Part shown: piece after piece, positions 24,026 to 37,900 of the stretch
How the letters are laid out: each line of letters opens with the position of its first letter
Position numbering within the stretch: position 1 is the first letter of the stretch
Source of the DNA: Camelus ferus
Taxonomy: Eukaryota
Assembly: GCF_009834535.1 (NCBI RefSeq)
Contig: NC_045697.1
Coordinates: forward strand, 63,552,001-63,616,000
Reading direction: 5' to 3'
Length of the DNA stretch: 64,000 nt
The notes under the pieces: model-generated
The model's database searches: none
What the model saw: the letters and a program-made list of their open reading frames with translations, nothing else
Told to the model about the DNA's origin: nothing
Made by a program: the position numbers and the translations under genes

Positions 24026-26470
24026 CAAATAATTTGCATCAGAAAGGTGAAATATCTATTTCTCTATATTGAAATAAATCAATTTTAGTAAAAATGTTTA
24101 TATAAAATCAGTGTAGAAATGAAAATATGTGATCCTTTGTTTCTATCCCCTATTATTCATGTGTATATATACATAAAATTAGTATATATTTCTTACATAA
24201 GAAATAAAAATTATCTCAAATTCCACTGTCTAGTAATAGCTAGTTTTATGATTTATTTTCTGTTTGATTATAATACTTCTGTTATGTTAAATTTTTATCA
24301 ATCCATTAATACCCTCTATCTTGCAAAAATTCGAGACCCATTAAGACTTACTTCACAACAATTATACAATCTTTATTTAATCTTCTAAGTGTATGTTGTA
24401 GAATCTGTAATGGATATTCATATATTTTCTTCCTACTAAATAAACTAAATTTACACTAAATTTTTAAATTCTTTTTTGTTTTAGTTTTTATTAATTGAAG
24501 TATAGTTGATTTATTATAAATTATTTACTTCTTAGCTTTTACATCTGAGTCTATTGGAAACATTCTCCATATTTGAATATGGCATACAAATGCAAATGTA
24601 ATAAATTCACATACGACATATTTGTTGTGGAAATGCCTGCAAAGGGTGTGGCAGTGATTTTCATTAGGAATGTCTTTGCTTTTCTTTTTTATTTCTGAAG
24701 ATAACTATTCTTGATCTAGGATTTGTTTGTTTTGCTTTGTTTAGGCTGTTGGTTAATGAAGCTTTTTGAGTTTTTCATTTATCTTGATTTGAATTTCCTT
24801 TGTAAAACTCAGACCAGTGGACCAGAGTTTATAAATCCTTTTCAACTCCTACCTTTAGGGTGGAAGCCCGTGAAATGAAAATGTGAGGGAGCATAATGGA
24901 AGATTCGCTGTTTATTCTTCCTTGCTCTGTGCATTGGTGTGTGGGCTCTGATTCATATATAAATATTTATTTACCTACAGATTTACAACTTATTTTTCCA
25001 GTACTTACTCTAGCCTATTTTGAAATAAACTTTTCTAAACAACCATTCAGTGATAGCAAATGTTATTGGTTCTTTTACCTATTACTACTTCTCTGCCCTT
25101 TCCCATCCCAGTAGAAGTCGAAAACACAACTTGTTACTTCTCATTTTACATTTATTTTGGAAAATGTGGCCCTTTTTCACTTAGCCTTTCCCAACAACTA
25201 AAATCTTACTTTCCACATGACATCTTCTTGAGTTATCTACTCTCTACTTCATTTTTGTCTGAACAGCAGCACTAGAAGTTTTATAATGGGGAAGTTGTTA
25301 GGTTGAGACATGAATAGTCTATGAAGTATTTCTGTGACATATTTCATTGTCAAATTATGTTTACCTAAGTTATGCATGTACTTTGTTAAACAGCTTTGAC
25401 TTGCAAATCTCAAGAAGAATTTAAGGGAAAGAGGGCGAATGGGGAAGGGGGAGGAAGACGAGAGGAGGGTGGAGAGAGAAACACAAGTTTTGTATAATTG
25501 GAGTTCTTACGAGAAGGTTTGTGGCGAGCACTGTCCCTTCCTGGAAAGAGATGAATTAAATCATAGTTTTTTGTTATTAAAATATTATACAACTATTTTG
25601 AGCACCCAAAGTCAAGAAAACAAAATAAATTCTCCTTTAAAGCAAGTTAAGGCAAAAACAGAATCCAGTGGAGTCATGTGAACTTATTTGGGAATAAGTT
25701 ATTTAAACTTTGTCAGTTGTATTGTTCTTATTGAAAATGGAAGATAATAGTGGTAAAAATCCCCAAATATAATGTGATAATATGAGCACAGCACTCCCAG
25801 CTGTGCCAGGCACATGTTATAATAGCTCTGCTCAACATACCTTCTATTTAAGTGAAACATTAGTAAATGAGAGGCCCCTTAGCCAGAAGCCCACTCACAT
25901 TAGTAGACCAGAAATTGTACATTTGCATATGAGATATGAAATCCCAAACTTCCTTCATGCATTATTTCCCTTACCTATTTATAAACAGGATTGGATTAGT
26001 GTCAAATCCCTTAAAGGACAGATTCCTAAATGTGTAGATTCCAGAAGAGAACTAAGAAGCAAAAAAAAAAAAAAAAAAAAATCAATAAAAATAATAACAT
26101 AAAAACAAACTAAATGGAATCCACTGGATGGTATTATTTATTGAAAATGTTTTGGATATTAAATGTAAATGCTCTGAAAACCAGATCAGTAAAATCCTAT
26201 CAAATTAATTAAAAATAAAACAGTTTAACAAGAAATAATAGCATAAGCATTTGGTCTTGGATTTAAGCACATCATGTCTGTAGCATTCAACTGTGGTTCT
26301 GACTCAGTGGTTCCTGGAGTGAAAAAAAAAAATGCCAAAGATGGAGTTATTATGACCTGAAAATTAAAGTTCTAAATATTTAAGATGGTAGGCAAAGTGC
26401 ACACACAGAGAATCAGGAGTTGTACAGTAATCAGATTTTAATAAGTGGGGAATATTCGTGGAGAAGCACA

Positions 26471-26520
26471 CGACTCACCAACAATGTGTTTTTGGTTTTG
26501 CTTTTTTTCTTTTTTTGCAG
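26471..26520 (+). promoter_or_regulatory. 3' splice site of the CCSER1 exon (candidate branch point, polypyrimidine tract, AG)
   Basis: cgactcac at 26471-26478 fits the yUnAy branch consensus. It is followed by a T-rich tract with no AG before the terminal gcag. Confidence 0.7.
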
Positions 26521-26598
26521 GAAAGAGTCCGGCATTTACAGAAGGCTTTTACTTCAAAAGTAGATAAATCCACACAAACTGAACTTCTAGGCTATGAT
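26521..26598 (+). CDS. CCSER1: Internal 78-bp coding exon (phase 0/0) of CCSER1/FAM190A, encoding ERVRHLQKAFTSKVDKSTQTELLGYD
   Basis: A long polypyrimidine tract and ttttttgcag acceptor end at 26520, and a GTGAGT donor starts at 26599. The 26 codons between are open. The peptide matches my recollection of human CCSER1 (ERVRHLQKAFASRVDKSTQTELLCYD). No other exon of the gene was recognised in the window. Confidence 0.9.
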
Positions 26599-28964
26599 GT
26601 GAGTAGCTATATAAAATCATTTTTATCTTTTTTTATTGGTATTCAGCCCTCCACAGCTTATTTACCTCTGCTCCTGCTGTGTCTATGCATTGATTTAATA
26701 GGATTTAGTGGTGCACCATTCATCTTTTGCTCTTAAATAATCCCCAAATACCTTCTGGGACTGAAAAAGATAATTACAGGCACAGACTAGCATACCAATG
26801 TCTTATTAATTTTTTTAAACCAACATCTCTAATACAGTCTTCTGAATTAGTGAATTTGCAGACATGTGTAAAAGACCTATTCGCATACTAGCACAATTTA
26901 TTTTTTTTAAGAAAGTACTAATTTATTTATTACCAATTTAATAAAGTTAGGTTTGCAGTCACCAAGGGCCAAGCACATCATTTTTCCATTCTGGCGCATA
27001 AAAGAAAACAGCTTTGTAGAGAAATTTACAAGACTATTTTAGCTCTTGGGCTTCAATCAGGCTGCAGAACTAATTTAATTGAAAGTTTGCATGTTTTCAT
27101 AGTGTGAAATACTGGTTGAACTGTCAAAATAGGATTGTAAATTTAATACGAGATTGCTTCTAGTAACGCTAAATGATTTCGGGCAACTTTGATTCAAATA
27201 CCTATCTTCCCTTAAAGTTATGAAATTTTCACTTTACCTAAGTTCATGACTTTAAATTTCCTTTTGATGAAAACCTAAAGGAATTACCTTCTTTGTCTTG
27301 GATCTAACATTTGTGAGAACTCTTTTTTTAAAAACATTATTTTTAGCACTTCATTGACAAGTATTAGTAGAATAAAGATAATTTTAAGTGTTACAAAGGG
27401 ATATAATGATAAAATGTAAGTTTATCTGCGTGTCATTATAACATAAATATGGATATTACTTTTCTGCTGCCTTACAAAGCATATTAATATATTTAATATA
27501 AAGCTATGTGTCTCTATTAGGAAATAAGCCAAAGTTTTGAATTCCAGCAAAAATTTTTCAGATATTTATGTGCATTAATTTAAAAACATTAAAAGCTATG
27601 CTTTTCTTTTGAATTACTCTTACGTTGATTTAATATGTTTATTCTAGATAGTTAAATTTTCTAGATATCAATATTGTGACCTCAGTGGTTCCTAAATGCC
27701 AGTGTTGTATATTATTTAAATGATGTTAGTTGCATAGTTTTAAAAAGAAATGATTTTTATTAAGTTCACAGATTTACCACAATAACTCATTTATCTCTTT
27801 TGGAGGTTTCTTTCTGTTTAAATTTTTTTTTTTTGATTTATATTATTTCCATTTAAGTCCCTAGGATATAAAACCAGTGTGTATTTTACAATTAATAACT
27901 CAGGTATTTTTAAATGTGCAAGCCAGAGAGTTATCCAATAAGAACAATAAACCCATAGTTCCCATTAAATCTTATTTCATCATGAATTCATACAACACAG
28001 GAACTGTACGTAAACTTAGAATCCACCTACTTCAGTGCCCTCAATTTTCAAACAAGCTGAGTTCCAGAAAAGTGAAATCACTTGTTCGCTACCACACATT
28101 CTTTGTGTAAGTCTGGTCTTTTTTTTTTTTTTTTTTTTTTTTAAGTAGTTTATTCTTACAGCAAGGCAAAAGGAACATACTTATGCATTTGGATTCAATT
28201 ATTCCATTATACTCAATTTAAGAAAATGATGTTTGGGAGATTAAATTCTAAATTTCTGAATGACTGAATATAAAATAAAATGTAAGGGATCTAGAACACT
28301 GTTCATGACAACTAGTGAGAAATGGTGGCTAAAAATGAATGGTACCTGTGGGAAGACACTAAGCTATAGCTACTAGCAAATTCTATGCATTTGCCTGTCT
28401 ATGCTCCAAACTTCCCTTGTTTTCACAAAATTTCTTGTATCAGTGCTGTTTAGTTCTCCAACCATGTAAATGAAAATTAAAAATAAAAACCATGATCATA
28501 GTTGATTCTTCATTATTCCTTTTCATATCTGACAATGAGAGCTCAATGTATTTTACTGGATAAAATTAAGGTTAAAGAATAATAATTTGGGGGTAGTGAG
28601 TACTTAAAAGATCCCCTTGTACAAGTGTCTCTTACAATTTGGGTAGTTGTTAACATAATCTAAAGATTTCATATTTTATACTTCCTGGTGATGTGTATTC
28701 CAGGACATAATCATCAGCATCAGCCAATTGATTACCAAATATATGCATATAGAATCTTATGCCAGTAACTAGATGTAATTGTCATAATAGACTTTAGGGC
28801 AATTTATATGAAGGAAACTGGGGAAGGAAATACTTTAAATAAATAAATTAGATATAAGGAAAGCATTTTAAATGTGATGAATTTTATGACTGTTTGGAAT
28901 ATTATTCATCAGTAGTGTAACTTTTTTCCTGACTGAAATTTATTTCCTGTACTTTATGTATAGA

Positions 28965-29166
28965 CATTCCTGGAATGTCTCCAGGTCTTTAATTCAGCTC
29001 TGACTACATAGAATTGGTATTAGTTAACGGATAGTCTTTTTATAAAGTGAATTTGTGGTTGAAATCCTTATTGGGGAAAATAGCAGGCTAGGTGTTAACT
29101 ATGAGAACTCTTACAATTGTAAAAATACTCATTAAAACAAAAGAACACATCCACAAATATTTATAT
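28965..29166 (+). repeat. Local direct duplication, copy 1 (~200 bp)
   Basis: Aligns to 32569-32768. The first 64 bp are identical. Confidence 0.95.
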
Positions 29167-32100
29167 TTTCCGTGATTTGTCACATTTTATATGCAGTAGG
29201 AATCACTTATTGTCCTTTGACTTAACATTTTGTTCACATTTTCTCAGGAAAGTGTAGTCTGACATTTTAATTTTTCACAAATACATATACCCACATATAT
29301 CTATACTATATTTACTGATAATTTTCAATAGTATTTGTCAGAAAAAATACTAGAAAGTCTTATAGAAATTTTGTACATTATAGATGATTTTTTTACTCCT
29401 CTTTTCTTGCTAAAGCTGCCAATATTAGCTACAAATTGTTCTTTTTGGACCACTATGGATGATGTTTCAATGATATGAATGTCAGAATATAAGAGACTAC
29501 AAGTATCTATTAATATAATATCCTTGGGAAGGCAGCTGTTGCTACATATTTTGCTTAAGATAGGAAATAGAATCCACAGAAGATATTGATTATTATGAAA
29601 GCTATTAAGAGAAATTTCCAAAAATCCACTACAGTGAGTAAGTTCAAAGATTTGTACAGTAAACAGCTTCTAGTCTGCAACAGATTTATCAGGAGACTTG
29701 AAACTAATGTTAGAGTACAGTGTGCTCCGATTTCTAATGCACAGGGCAAGAATTACTTAAAAATAAATTCAGAGTGTCTTAGCAAGAGCCTATAAACACA
29801 ATACTAGTGATGAAGGAGATTGTTAAATAAATGATGAATGTGTCTTAAATAATCAATGCCAATTTAACCTCTTTCACCCTCCTCTGTCTGCACAGGCTTA
29901 GTTTATTGAAAGATCAAAGAATAATTTCTTAGGTGTCACTTGTGTTATTAAAACAGGATAGAGGATGAATAGATGCAGTCAAGTAGCAATCTTGCCGATT
30001 ATAAGATTACATTAAGACGTAGGCAAGATTCTTCTGATTACATCAACTATATGAATAGATACTTCAACAAAGCACATATACTGCCTGTAAACATTTTATA
30101 GTTTGAACTACTGCAAATAATATTTTGATTTAAATAATTGAGAATGAATAACCAAAATGCTACAGTGAAGATTTTATATTCTGATGCTGAGAAAAATCAG
30201 GTACTTTTATTAACTTGACATCTTTATGGACTTTTTTTTAAACTTCCTTTTGCTGTTCTGCAGAAGATTGTCTTTTTAAATGTGGCTGATTGACTTTAAG
30301 TGTAAATTTTTCTTTCCATGAGTGCCTGAACTTGACTCAGAACAGTCACAGGGTCTCTAGATTGCTCTTCAAGACAAAAGCACTGAAGTTTTAAAAAGTT
30401 CTTTCTTTTATTAGCATATATTTTACACTTATATTTAAAAAGAAATGCTTGTTAGCGTCGAACTAGGAATATTTTGTCTTTATTTTCTTTGAGTTTTTAA
30501 AGTTACCAGGTGTTTCATCAAGTATTAATAACTTAGTCTAAATATCATGAATAGTTTTCATTTGGCTATTGAAAATTGACCAAATTGTGATGTCACACAT
30601 ATTTTGTCTCAGTCATGTATGAGTTAAGCATGGGTCAGATTGGAAATGTATGCTCACACCATTGTCTAGTTTTCAAATACTTTAACACATTTTCCAAATG
30701 GTGGGAATTGCTTTATAAATGCAGGGTTCTCCTTAACTAGTTACATTATGAATACACATTTTGAAAGACTCATGCAATTATCTGTGTATTCTCAATCTAT
30801 GCTACTTCTCTTAGATTTAATTTTGGAGCCCTCCTTGGAATAGTTAGTAGTGTGCAGGGAATTCTAACAAATATGAAAATAGTTCATCATGTAAGGAATA
30901 AGAATGATTAGTTTTTACTATAGTTGTTTTATTAGCTATTAGAGCAGGAGAATATTGTATTATATTAATATGTTATGTCAGCTTATGGATTAACCCCAAT
31001 TCTAAAAATTGAATAACTATCAATTAGGCTCTCTCATCTAGCTGCTAATAAACTGCAATTTGTTCAATCTATTTTAGATCCATTTGTTGCTATCATCTTT
31101 CTTAAATTCAGCACTTCTGATCATGCATCAGTGTGCTCCAGCATTTAGTAGATGAGTATCTCCCCTCATCATGTTTCGTTTAGCTATATTTACTTACCTC
31201 AGATACTTTTTTTTCCCACAAGTTTAAAAATATCAGATTTAAAAACTGAATGATATATTCCAGGTTTTCTTTTGAACTACAGTTTTCCATATTGCATTGA
31301 GGATAACTTTCAGACAGGAACATTGATTAAAAATACATGATCATCTGCCACAGGTGCTGTTTATATTTAATGCAGGACTAACAGTTTATATAGTGGTAAT
31401 GTTCTAAGGGCATCACTTTTGAAAATCTGTACATATGTTCCTTGAACAGATGTTGCTAAGTGCCCCCTGGAAGCCAAGCCCTCTTAGGTACTTGAGATAC
31501 ACCCTTTAACCAAACCACAAATATTCCCTAGTGGAGCTTGAGTTTTATTATTATACTCAGAGAATACATGTAAGTAAAGTGCATGGTTTGTTAGAAGCTG
31601 ATAAGTGCAATGTGAAAAAGAACAATGGCACAGGGAAAAGATAATTGTGAATGTAGGTGTGGGGTCAAAGCTGTGATCAGAAATTTTAAATAGAGTGATC
31701 TGGGCAGATCTGAGGGTGAGATGTGAGACCGGAAGGAGGTGAAGTGAACACCCCTTTAGTCAGAAATCCTTTTGTGATATGCTCCTTGAAAACCCCTCGA
31801 GGGCCCTCAGTCAGAACAAATTGATGTATCCTGGCTGCAGCCCTTGGTTGGCTTCATTTAGAGGCTCTGCAATATGATAAAAAGGAGAAAAAAAATACTT
31901 TCTGGACCATTAAACCCTAGAATCAGACCAGTGATTCAAGAGACTCACGCTAGGGGAACGCAGACCACTGAGAGAACAGCCTGCTCAGCCTCTGAGGTCA
32001 TGTTCACTTTGCACCGGCATTGAGAAGAAAGCTCAGTCTAATTAACTACACTATGTAAATTACATGTACTTTTCTTCTTCCTTTTTTGGCATGCAGTCTC

Positions 32101-32568
32101 TCCACCCTCTTCTCTCTCTGTGTGTGTACCACTCTTCTTCCAGCCCAGGCAGAGTGGAATTTAGACTTCATTATATATCAGCACATCCCATTTATTAGAG
32201 GTGTACCACTAAAAGTAAACAATTAGAGAAAGCACTCAATAATTACTTGGTGAAAATTAAATGAATAGATTAACTAAGACTCTAATATTTTTATAATTCT
32301 AAAAATCTAACAAATCAGTAAGTGTTTTACTTTTTTCACAAAATCATACAGAAGTGTATGTTGCTATCCTCCAGATTTATTCTATATTGCTTTATTATAT
32401 CTAACAAATATTTTGCAATGACTATTCTGTGCCTTTTAGAATATGTGTTAAATGCAAATCAGCATAGACAACCAGTGATTTTAAAACATGAGTGACAATG
32501 TGCAGTTGCCCTTCACAGTATTGCTTTGAATGATTCTTTTAAAAATCCTGCATCTTTAGGAGCTAGAT

Positions 32569-32768
32569 CATTCCTGGAATGTCTCCAGGTCTTTAATTCA
32601 GCTCTGACTACATAGAATTGGTATTAGTTAACTGATAAATCTTTTGTTAAATGAAATTTGTGGTTGAAATCCTTATGGGGAAAATAGCAACGCTAAGTGT
32701 TAACTATGAAAACTCTTATAATTGTAAAATATTCATTAAAACAAGAGTACACCCACAAATACTTTATA
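32569..32768 (+). repeat. Local direct duplication, copy 2 (~200 bp), abutting a truncated LTR
   Basis: Aligns to 28965-29166. Confidence 0.95.
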
Positions 32769-32774
32769 TAACCT

Positions 32775-33181
32775 TATGGGAGGAAATATAGTTAATTCCC
32801 TGAAATGGCCCAAACCACCACCTTAAATCCATCTGAAGGCAACAGAAGGTGGGGATGCGGGGGGGGGGGGGGGGTAGAATTATGGAAAGTTACCAGGAAA
32901 AACTCAGTAAACAAGGATATAGTTTGTTATGCAAATTTAAGTTGGTGCCTTCTTCATTGGTAGAAATTTCTAGAGTTTTGCTCATCCTCCTCTTCCTGGT
33001 ACAGAGAGGGAAAAACCCTTACAAATGGAGATTTCCCTTAAAAATGTAAATTCTTGGAAAGGGTAACTTGCTTCTCATTTTTTTAGAGCTTCTCTGTGTC
33101 TGTTTCTTAAAAATAACCAGCTTTTGAAAACCCGTTTGTCAAAGAGGCATGTTTTGGGGTAGTATATTTTGCTCCCCTTTA
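32775..33181 (-). mobile_element. MER34-like ERV1 LTR, truncated at the U5 end
   Basis: Similar to the LTRs at 34436 and 40011 (gttaccaggaaaa...catcctcctcttcctggtacagagaggga...aaatggagatttccc...tgctccccttta). Contains a G16 run at 32859-32874. Confidence 0.85.
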
Positions 33182-34435
33182 TCCTAGTAATAGTGATTAT
33201 ATTTGCTAAAAATTGTGTTGATTCAGTGATAATGTTGATTAAAGAGAAGAAATGTAGATACTTGTTGAAAAGAATTTTTCCCAACCTACTTCTACTTCAT
33301 CTCATAGATTGCCATCTCTACAGGAAATCTAACTCCAAAATTTCAAGTATTTTCCTTAGAAAACTTTAAAAGTGTTTTTTTAGTATTTTCCAGTATGCTA
33401 AGTGGCCTTGTATGACAAGGAGTCCCTTCTGAAGGAATTTTTACCACCCTCGGAAGAAAACACTATGTATATACTACGGGCATTTTTCAGTGTCTATTTC
33501 TAATACATTATGCAATTGTAGCTAATCATAATTTGTCTTTAAGTTCTAAGACTTTGCTCAAGTACTTGTTCAATGTAAATCTTTGGGGATTTATATTCAT
33601 TTCTAGGGAAAGAAGTAGTTTCCTTTAATGTGGTCTACAATCAGAAAAATCCTGCAAAAGCAAATGTATTCTTTAAATATATGTATGTATACATATGTCT
33701 TTGCAATATGAATATAAAAATATTTATATAGATAAATATACAAATAAAACAAACACAGTCTCTGAATACACATGCACACAGACCTGATGACATAGGTACA
33801 AAAAAGAATCTTTTATTTACTATACTGTACTTAATACAAAAGATAAGATTACATGAAATTTATTAACTTGTGTATGTACATAATAACAGAAATCACACTG
33901 TACACTAATACATTTTAAATGTCTTTGAATTTTAGTATGATGAAGTTGGATTTATACAACTATTAGCTGAGTATATTTGTAACCCAATTATATTATACTT
34001 GGTATAAATTAATATTTAAATGTTTTTTAAAGGTAATAGTCACATTTGCTCCCTTAAACCATTACTTTTTCAATATGCAGAAATCATAAAACCATATATT
34101 CTAAATTGAAATGATAATGATAACAATTTTCATCTTAGTATAAAGATGTGACAGTACTTTACTTTTTGCATTATTCAGACTGATAGCTTTTTTATTTTGT
34201 TGTGGTTGAGCCTTTGTTTACCCAGGCTATCAGATTTAATTAAGTTACTTCATTTTTTTTTTTAGTTTTCTTGTGATGTCTGCTGTTCTGACAATCCTTT
34301 TACTTACTTGTAACTTGATTTTAGCAGCACAAAATTAGATAATATCTGTTAAGATCATGAGCCCCTATAATGTTCTTTCTCTATCAAAAAGTTTCTCAAC
34401 TACTTAACTCATATCTGGGGACCTGAGAATACTTG

Positions 34436-34960
34436 TGTAGAGGAGGATAATTTTATTCTAAGTTCTTCGCTGAGACCCCATTATAATACAGAATAACACG
34501 AGAAAAACAAAAGTTTAGTAACATGTATACATCTGCTATAGATGGGAGATACACAGGAAAACTGAGTGAACTCCTTGAAATGTCTTAAGCTACCATCTTA
34601 AATACTCTCTCTAGCTAAAGACAGAAAGAAAGAAAGACAGCAGGAAGGCCAGTTATGGGAGGTTACCAGGAAAAAGCACCATAAACAAGGGTATGGTTGT
34701 TATACATGTTAAAGTTGGTAACTTCTCCACTGATGAAATTTTCTAGAGGTTAACTCATCCTCCTTTTCTGGGTACAGAAAGGGAAACACCCTTATAAATG
34801 GAGATTTTCCCTTATAAATATACATGTCTCTTACAAAAGGGTAACTTTTACTTAATTTTCAGAGGTTCTCCTTTGTCTGCAGTTCCTTAGAAACAGTCAG
34901 TTAAGATGATTCTCATGCCAAAGAGACATACTTCAGAGAGTCAAATTCTGCTCCCCTTCA
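34436..34960 (-). repeat. 3' LTR of the MER34-like provirus
   Basis: Runs tgtag...ctccccttca (TG...CA ends). Homologous to 40011-40543. Confidence 0.85.
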
Positions 34961-37900
34961 ATCCTACCTTTAAATCTTCCCCCAAGAAATTCCACAGCCC
35001 AGAAACTGAGATAAGATGATCCATTATTTCATTGAACCAGTGTCTTACTCTTGAGAATAGGTCAGTCAAGTTAAACTGTTGTGTCTCATTTCAGAAGGTG
35101 ATCTTGAAGAGGAGTTTCCAGTGTTAGATTGATACAGTGCTAGCAATTATGTTTAGTAAGAGGCAAGTCTATTTTAAAAGACAGATTAATGATCAGAACA
35201 AACTGTAACTCAGTGTGAGTCCAGGGGGCATCTAAGTCAATTTTCTAGATGTCAGTCTCAAAGCATCTTTTGTCTCTGATGTTATCAGAATGTCTCTTAT
35301 GTTATCAGGTGTTCAGGTAAACTTTCTGAGTGTCAACAAACATGGAGGCTTATCTACTATACATGAGCTGTTGTAGAGATGTCCCTGAAAGTTTATATCA
35401 GATGGCTCACATTGGGTTTGCAGAGCTTTAGGAAAGGGCTTCTTTCAGTCATTACAGGTTAGAAGGATGGGAGAAGTTGAAAATGAGCTTGGAGAATTGT
35501 AGCAAGATATTTGAGGAAACTAAAAGAATTCAGGTTCCAGTACAGTTTACAGGCAAAAATCAAAACCTCTAAGACAATAAATATGACTAGAATCTAAAAT
35601 CCACAAAGGTGTGGATTTTCCCTCCATAATCACCCTCATTTTTACTAAAGATAATCACAGGAAGACTAAAATGTTTGTAAAATAAGTCTAGTCTCATTAA
35701 ACTTGGCTCATCTGGTTATTTACATAAGTGCAGCAAGAATAGTGATTGGCTCTACAGTCTTTTTAAATCTGCTTTGCTGAAACTATTTTAATAAATAATC
35801 TGATTGAAATTTTAAAAGCCTCAAGGCTAGGAAGCCAAGTGAAAAAGTTGCCATCACACTCTGCCTCAATACGTACAGTTTTGAGTTAATTTAGACCTTT
35901 TCTCAAGGTCTAAAAATATCTCAAGGTTTCTGTGCCTGCCAGAAAGTGACCTTCCTTACTCACCTGGTAAGGTGCTGGGAACCCTGTAAGCAAGGTACCA
36001 GGCTGGTTTTCCAAGGGGCTTTATCGGCTCCATAAAGTCAACCTTAGTTTCTTAAAGTTGTCTGGTCATATCTGATTGTATGCACTTTCTCAAATATGAC
36101 ACTCCAGTCAGAGCCTTCGTAATATAGCCAATGTTTCTAATTTTGTCCTGTTAACAAGAACAGATTCTTAATTAACTTATGCAAATAAATACAGTGCCAT
36201 GAACATAAGAATACTTAAAATCTCTGAATTATGGAGGGATCAGGTAGGGAGAAAAAATAATTGTTTCATCTTTATTCACAAAGACACAATTTGCCAAATT
36301 GCTATAATTAATACTTAGCTTAAGAGAAAAGAAAAAGATTAACTTTAAGTCTAGAAAAACAAAACATTAAAGAACCAGCAATGTTTAAAACAAAAAATTG
36401 TAAAAATTACATTCATCTTCATCATTTATTCAGTCCCATGTTATTAAATCTCATCCTGCTTTAATCCAGCTTTTCCATTATTTCTGGCAATTCTTACCTA
36501 GTTGAGTTTCATGATCTTAGATTATCACGAATTGGTATTCTGATATACTTGCTAGAGTCCTTTTCATGAATCTCCTTGAGGATTAATCACTTTTGCAAAA
36601 GCATCGAAGTAAAACAGTAACTGCTTGCAAATCAAAAAGTACTTAAATAGCTATGGTTAAAGATCTGATGAGAGTTCATATCAGTTTAATTGAAAAAGAT
36701 ATTTGGTGATTTCTGTGGCATACATTTTAAGACTATAAATAGAATTACAAATTACAACTTTATACCAGTATATATCAGATTTCTAGGAATTTTACACCTC
36801 ATACATTTTCTTAGCCAAAAATACATCTTACTTTCCTTACATGCAGAGTTGTTTTCCTTAATTTTAGTAGTCTTAGTAACAATAATTCTTAATGCTTATA
36901 CATGTTAATTTATAGAAAAAACTAAAGAAAGTAAGCAATTGTGAACTGTATGTTACAACAGCATTCTTTAAATTTGCAAATTAATCCATTTTATAATTTC
37001 TAGAAGCATGTGTTCTTTTTAATAATACAGTCTTTCAGTGTTGCACAAGAGATGTTTACTAACAAATCTAAATGTGTAAGATTTGTAGTTAGTTCCTGTG
37101 TATTAGGAAGCCAAAAGTAGCTAAACCTATGTTCAGGAACGTAATGTTTAATAATTTACCTTATTTGGAAATAATTGGGATATTCAATAAATTTATATCA
37201 TTTAACTTAGCAAAACTCTAAGGGTTAAAGTTAGCAAAAGGATTTGGGAAAATATTGAAGTAGGTATACCATAATACATAATTATTACTGAAAAGTTCAA
37301 CTAAAAACTCTTATCCTTCTTACATCTAAATCAGTTGTTATCAACAATTTGTTTAAATTACCTACAAATAGTTTGAGACATTAAACAAAGTCAGCCATCA
37401 TATGAAGCTATTTTTCCTGCTGACAAATTTTGTAACAGATAATATGAACTTCTTTGACTATTAAACCCAGGTAGAATGAGAATTATGTTTGTGTAATATT
37501 TAATGTTAACAATGAAAATATGTCTATTTTAATTAAACCAACAAACTTCAACTAGCTTTTTTTTTTTAACAGAAAATTACTCTGGATGATGTGAATTTTA
37601 AAAAAAAACTGGGGTTAGTTTTTATTTCTGAGAGTTTTAGGAATACTTAACTTATAAAGCACTTATTTTAGGCCAATTAAATAGAGCTCTTCTGAAAGTT
37701 AATTTTAGCAATAACATCTGGAGATAGAAAAAATATCACTCATCTACAACATATATATATAGATATACATATATACACATACAGATGCAAACAGATCTTA
37801 TAGCTTTCATTCTAAAATTTTAGCCATAAGTCAGGTACAATACTAAACTCACTGTTTTATAAGAGAACAGTTTGATCCAAATTGTGTTTTTGACCATTTG

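Noticed and set aside
26458..26736. 92-aa ORF as a stand-alone gene
   Set aside because: Only the central 26 codons lie between splice sites. The rest is translated polypyrimidine tract and intron.
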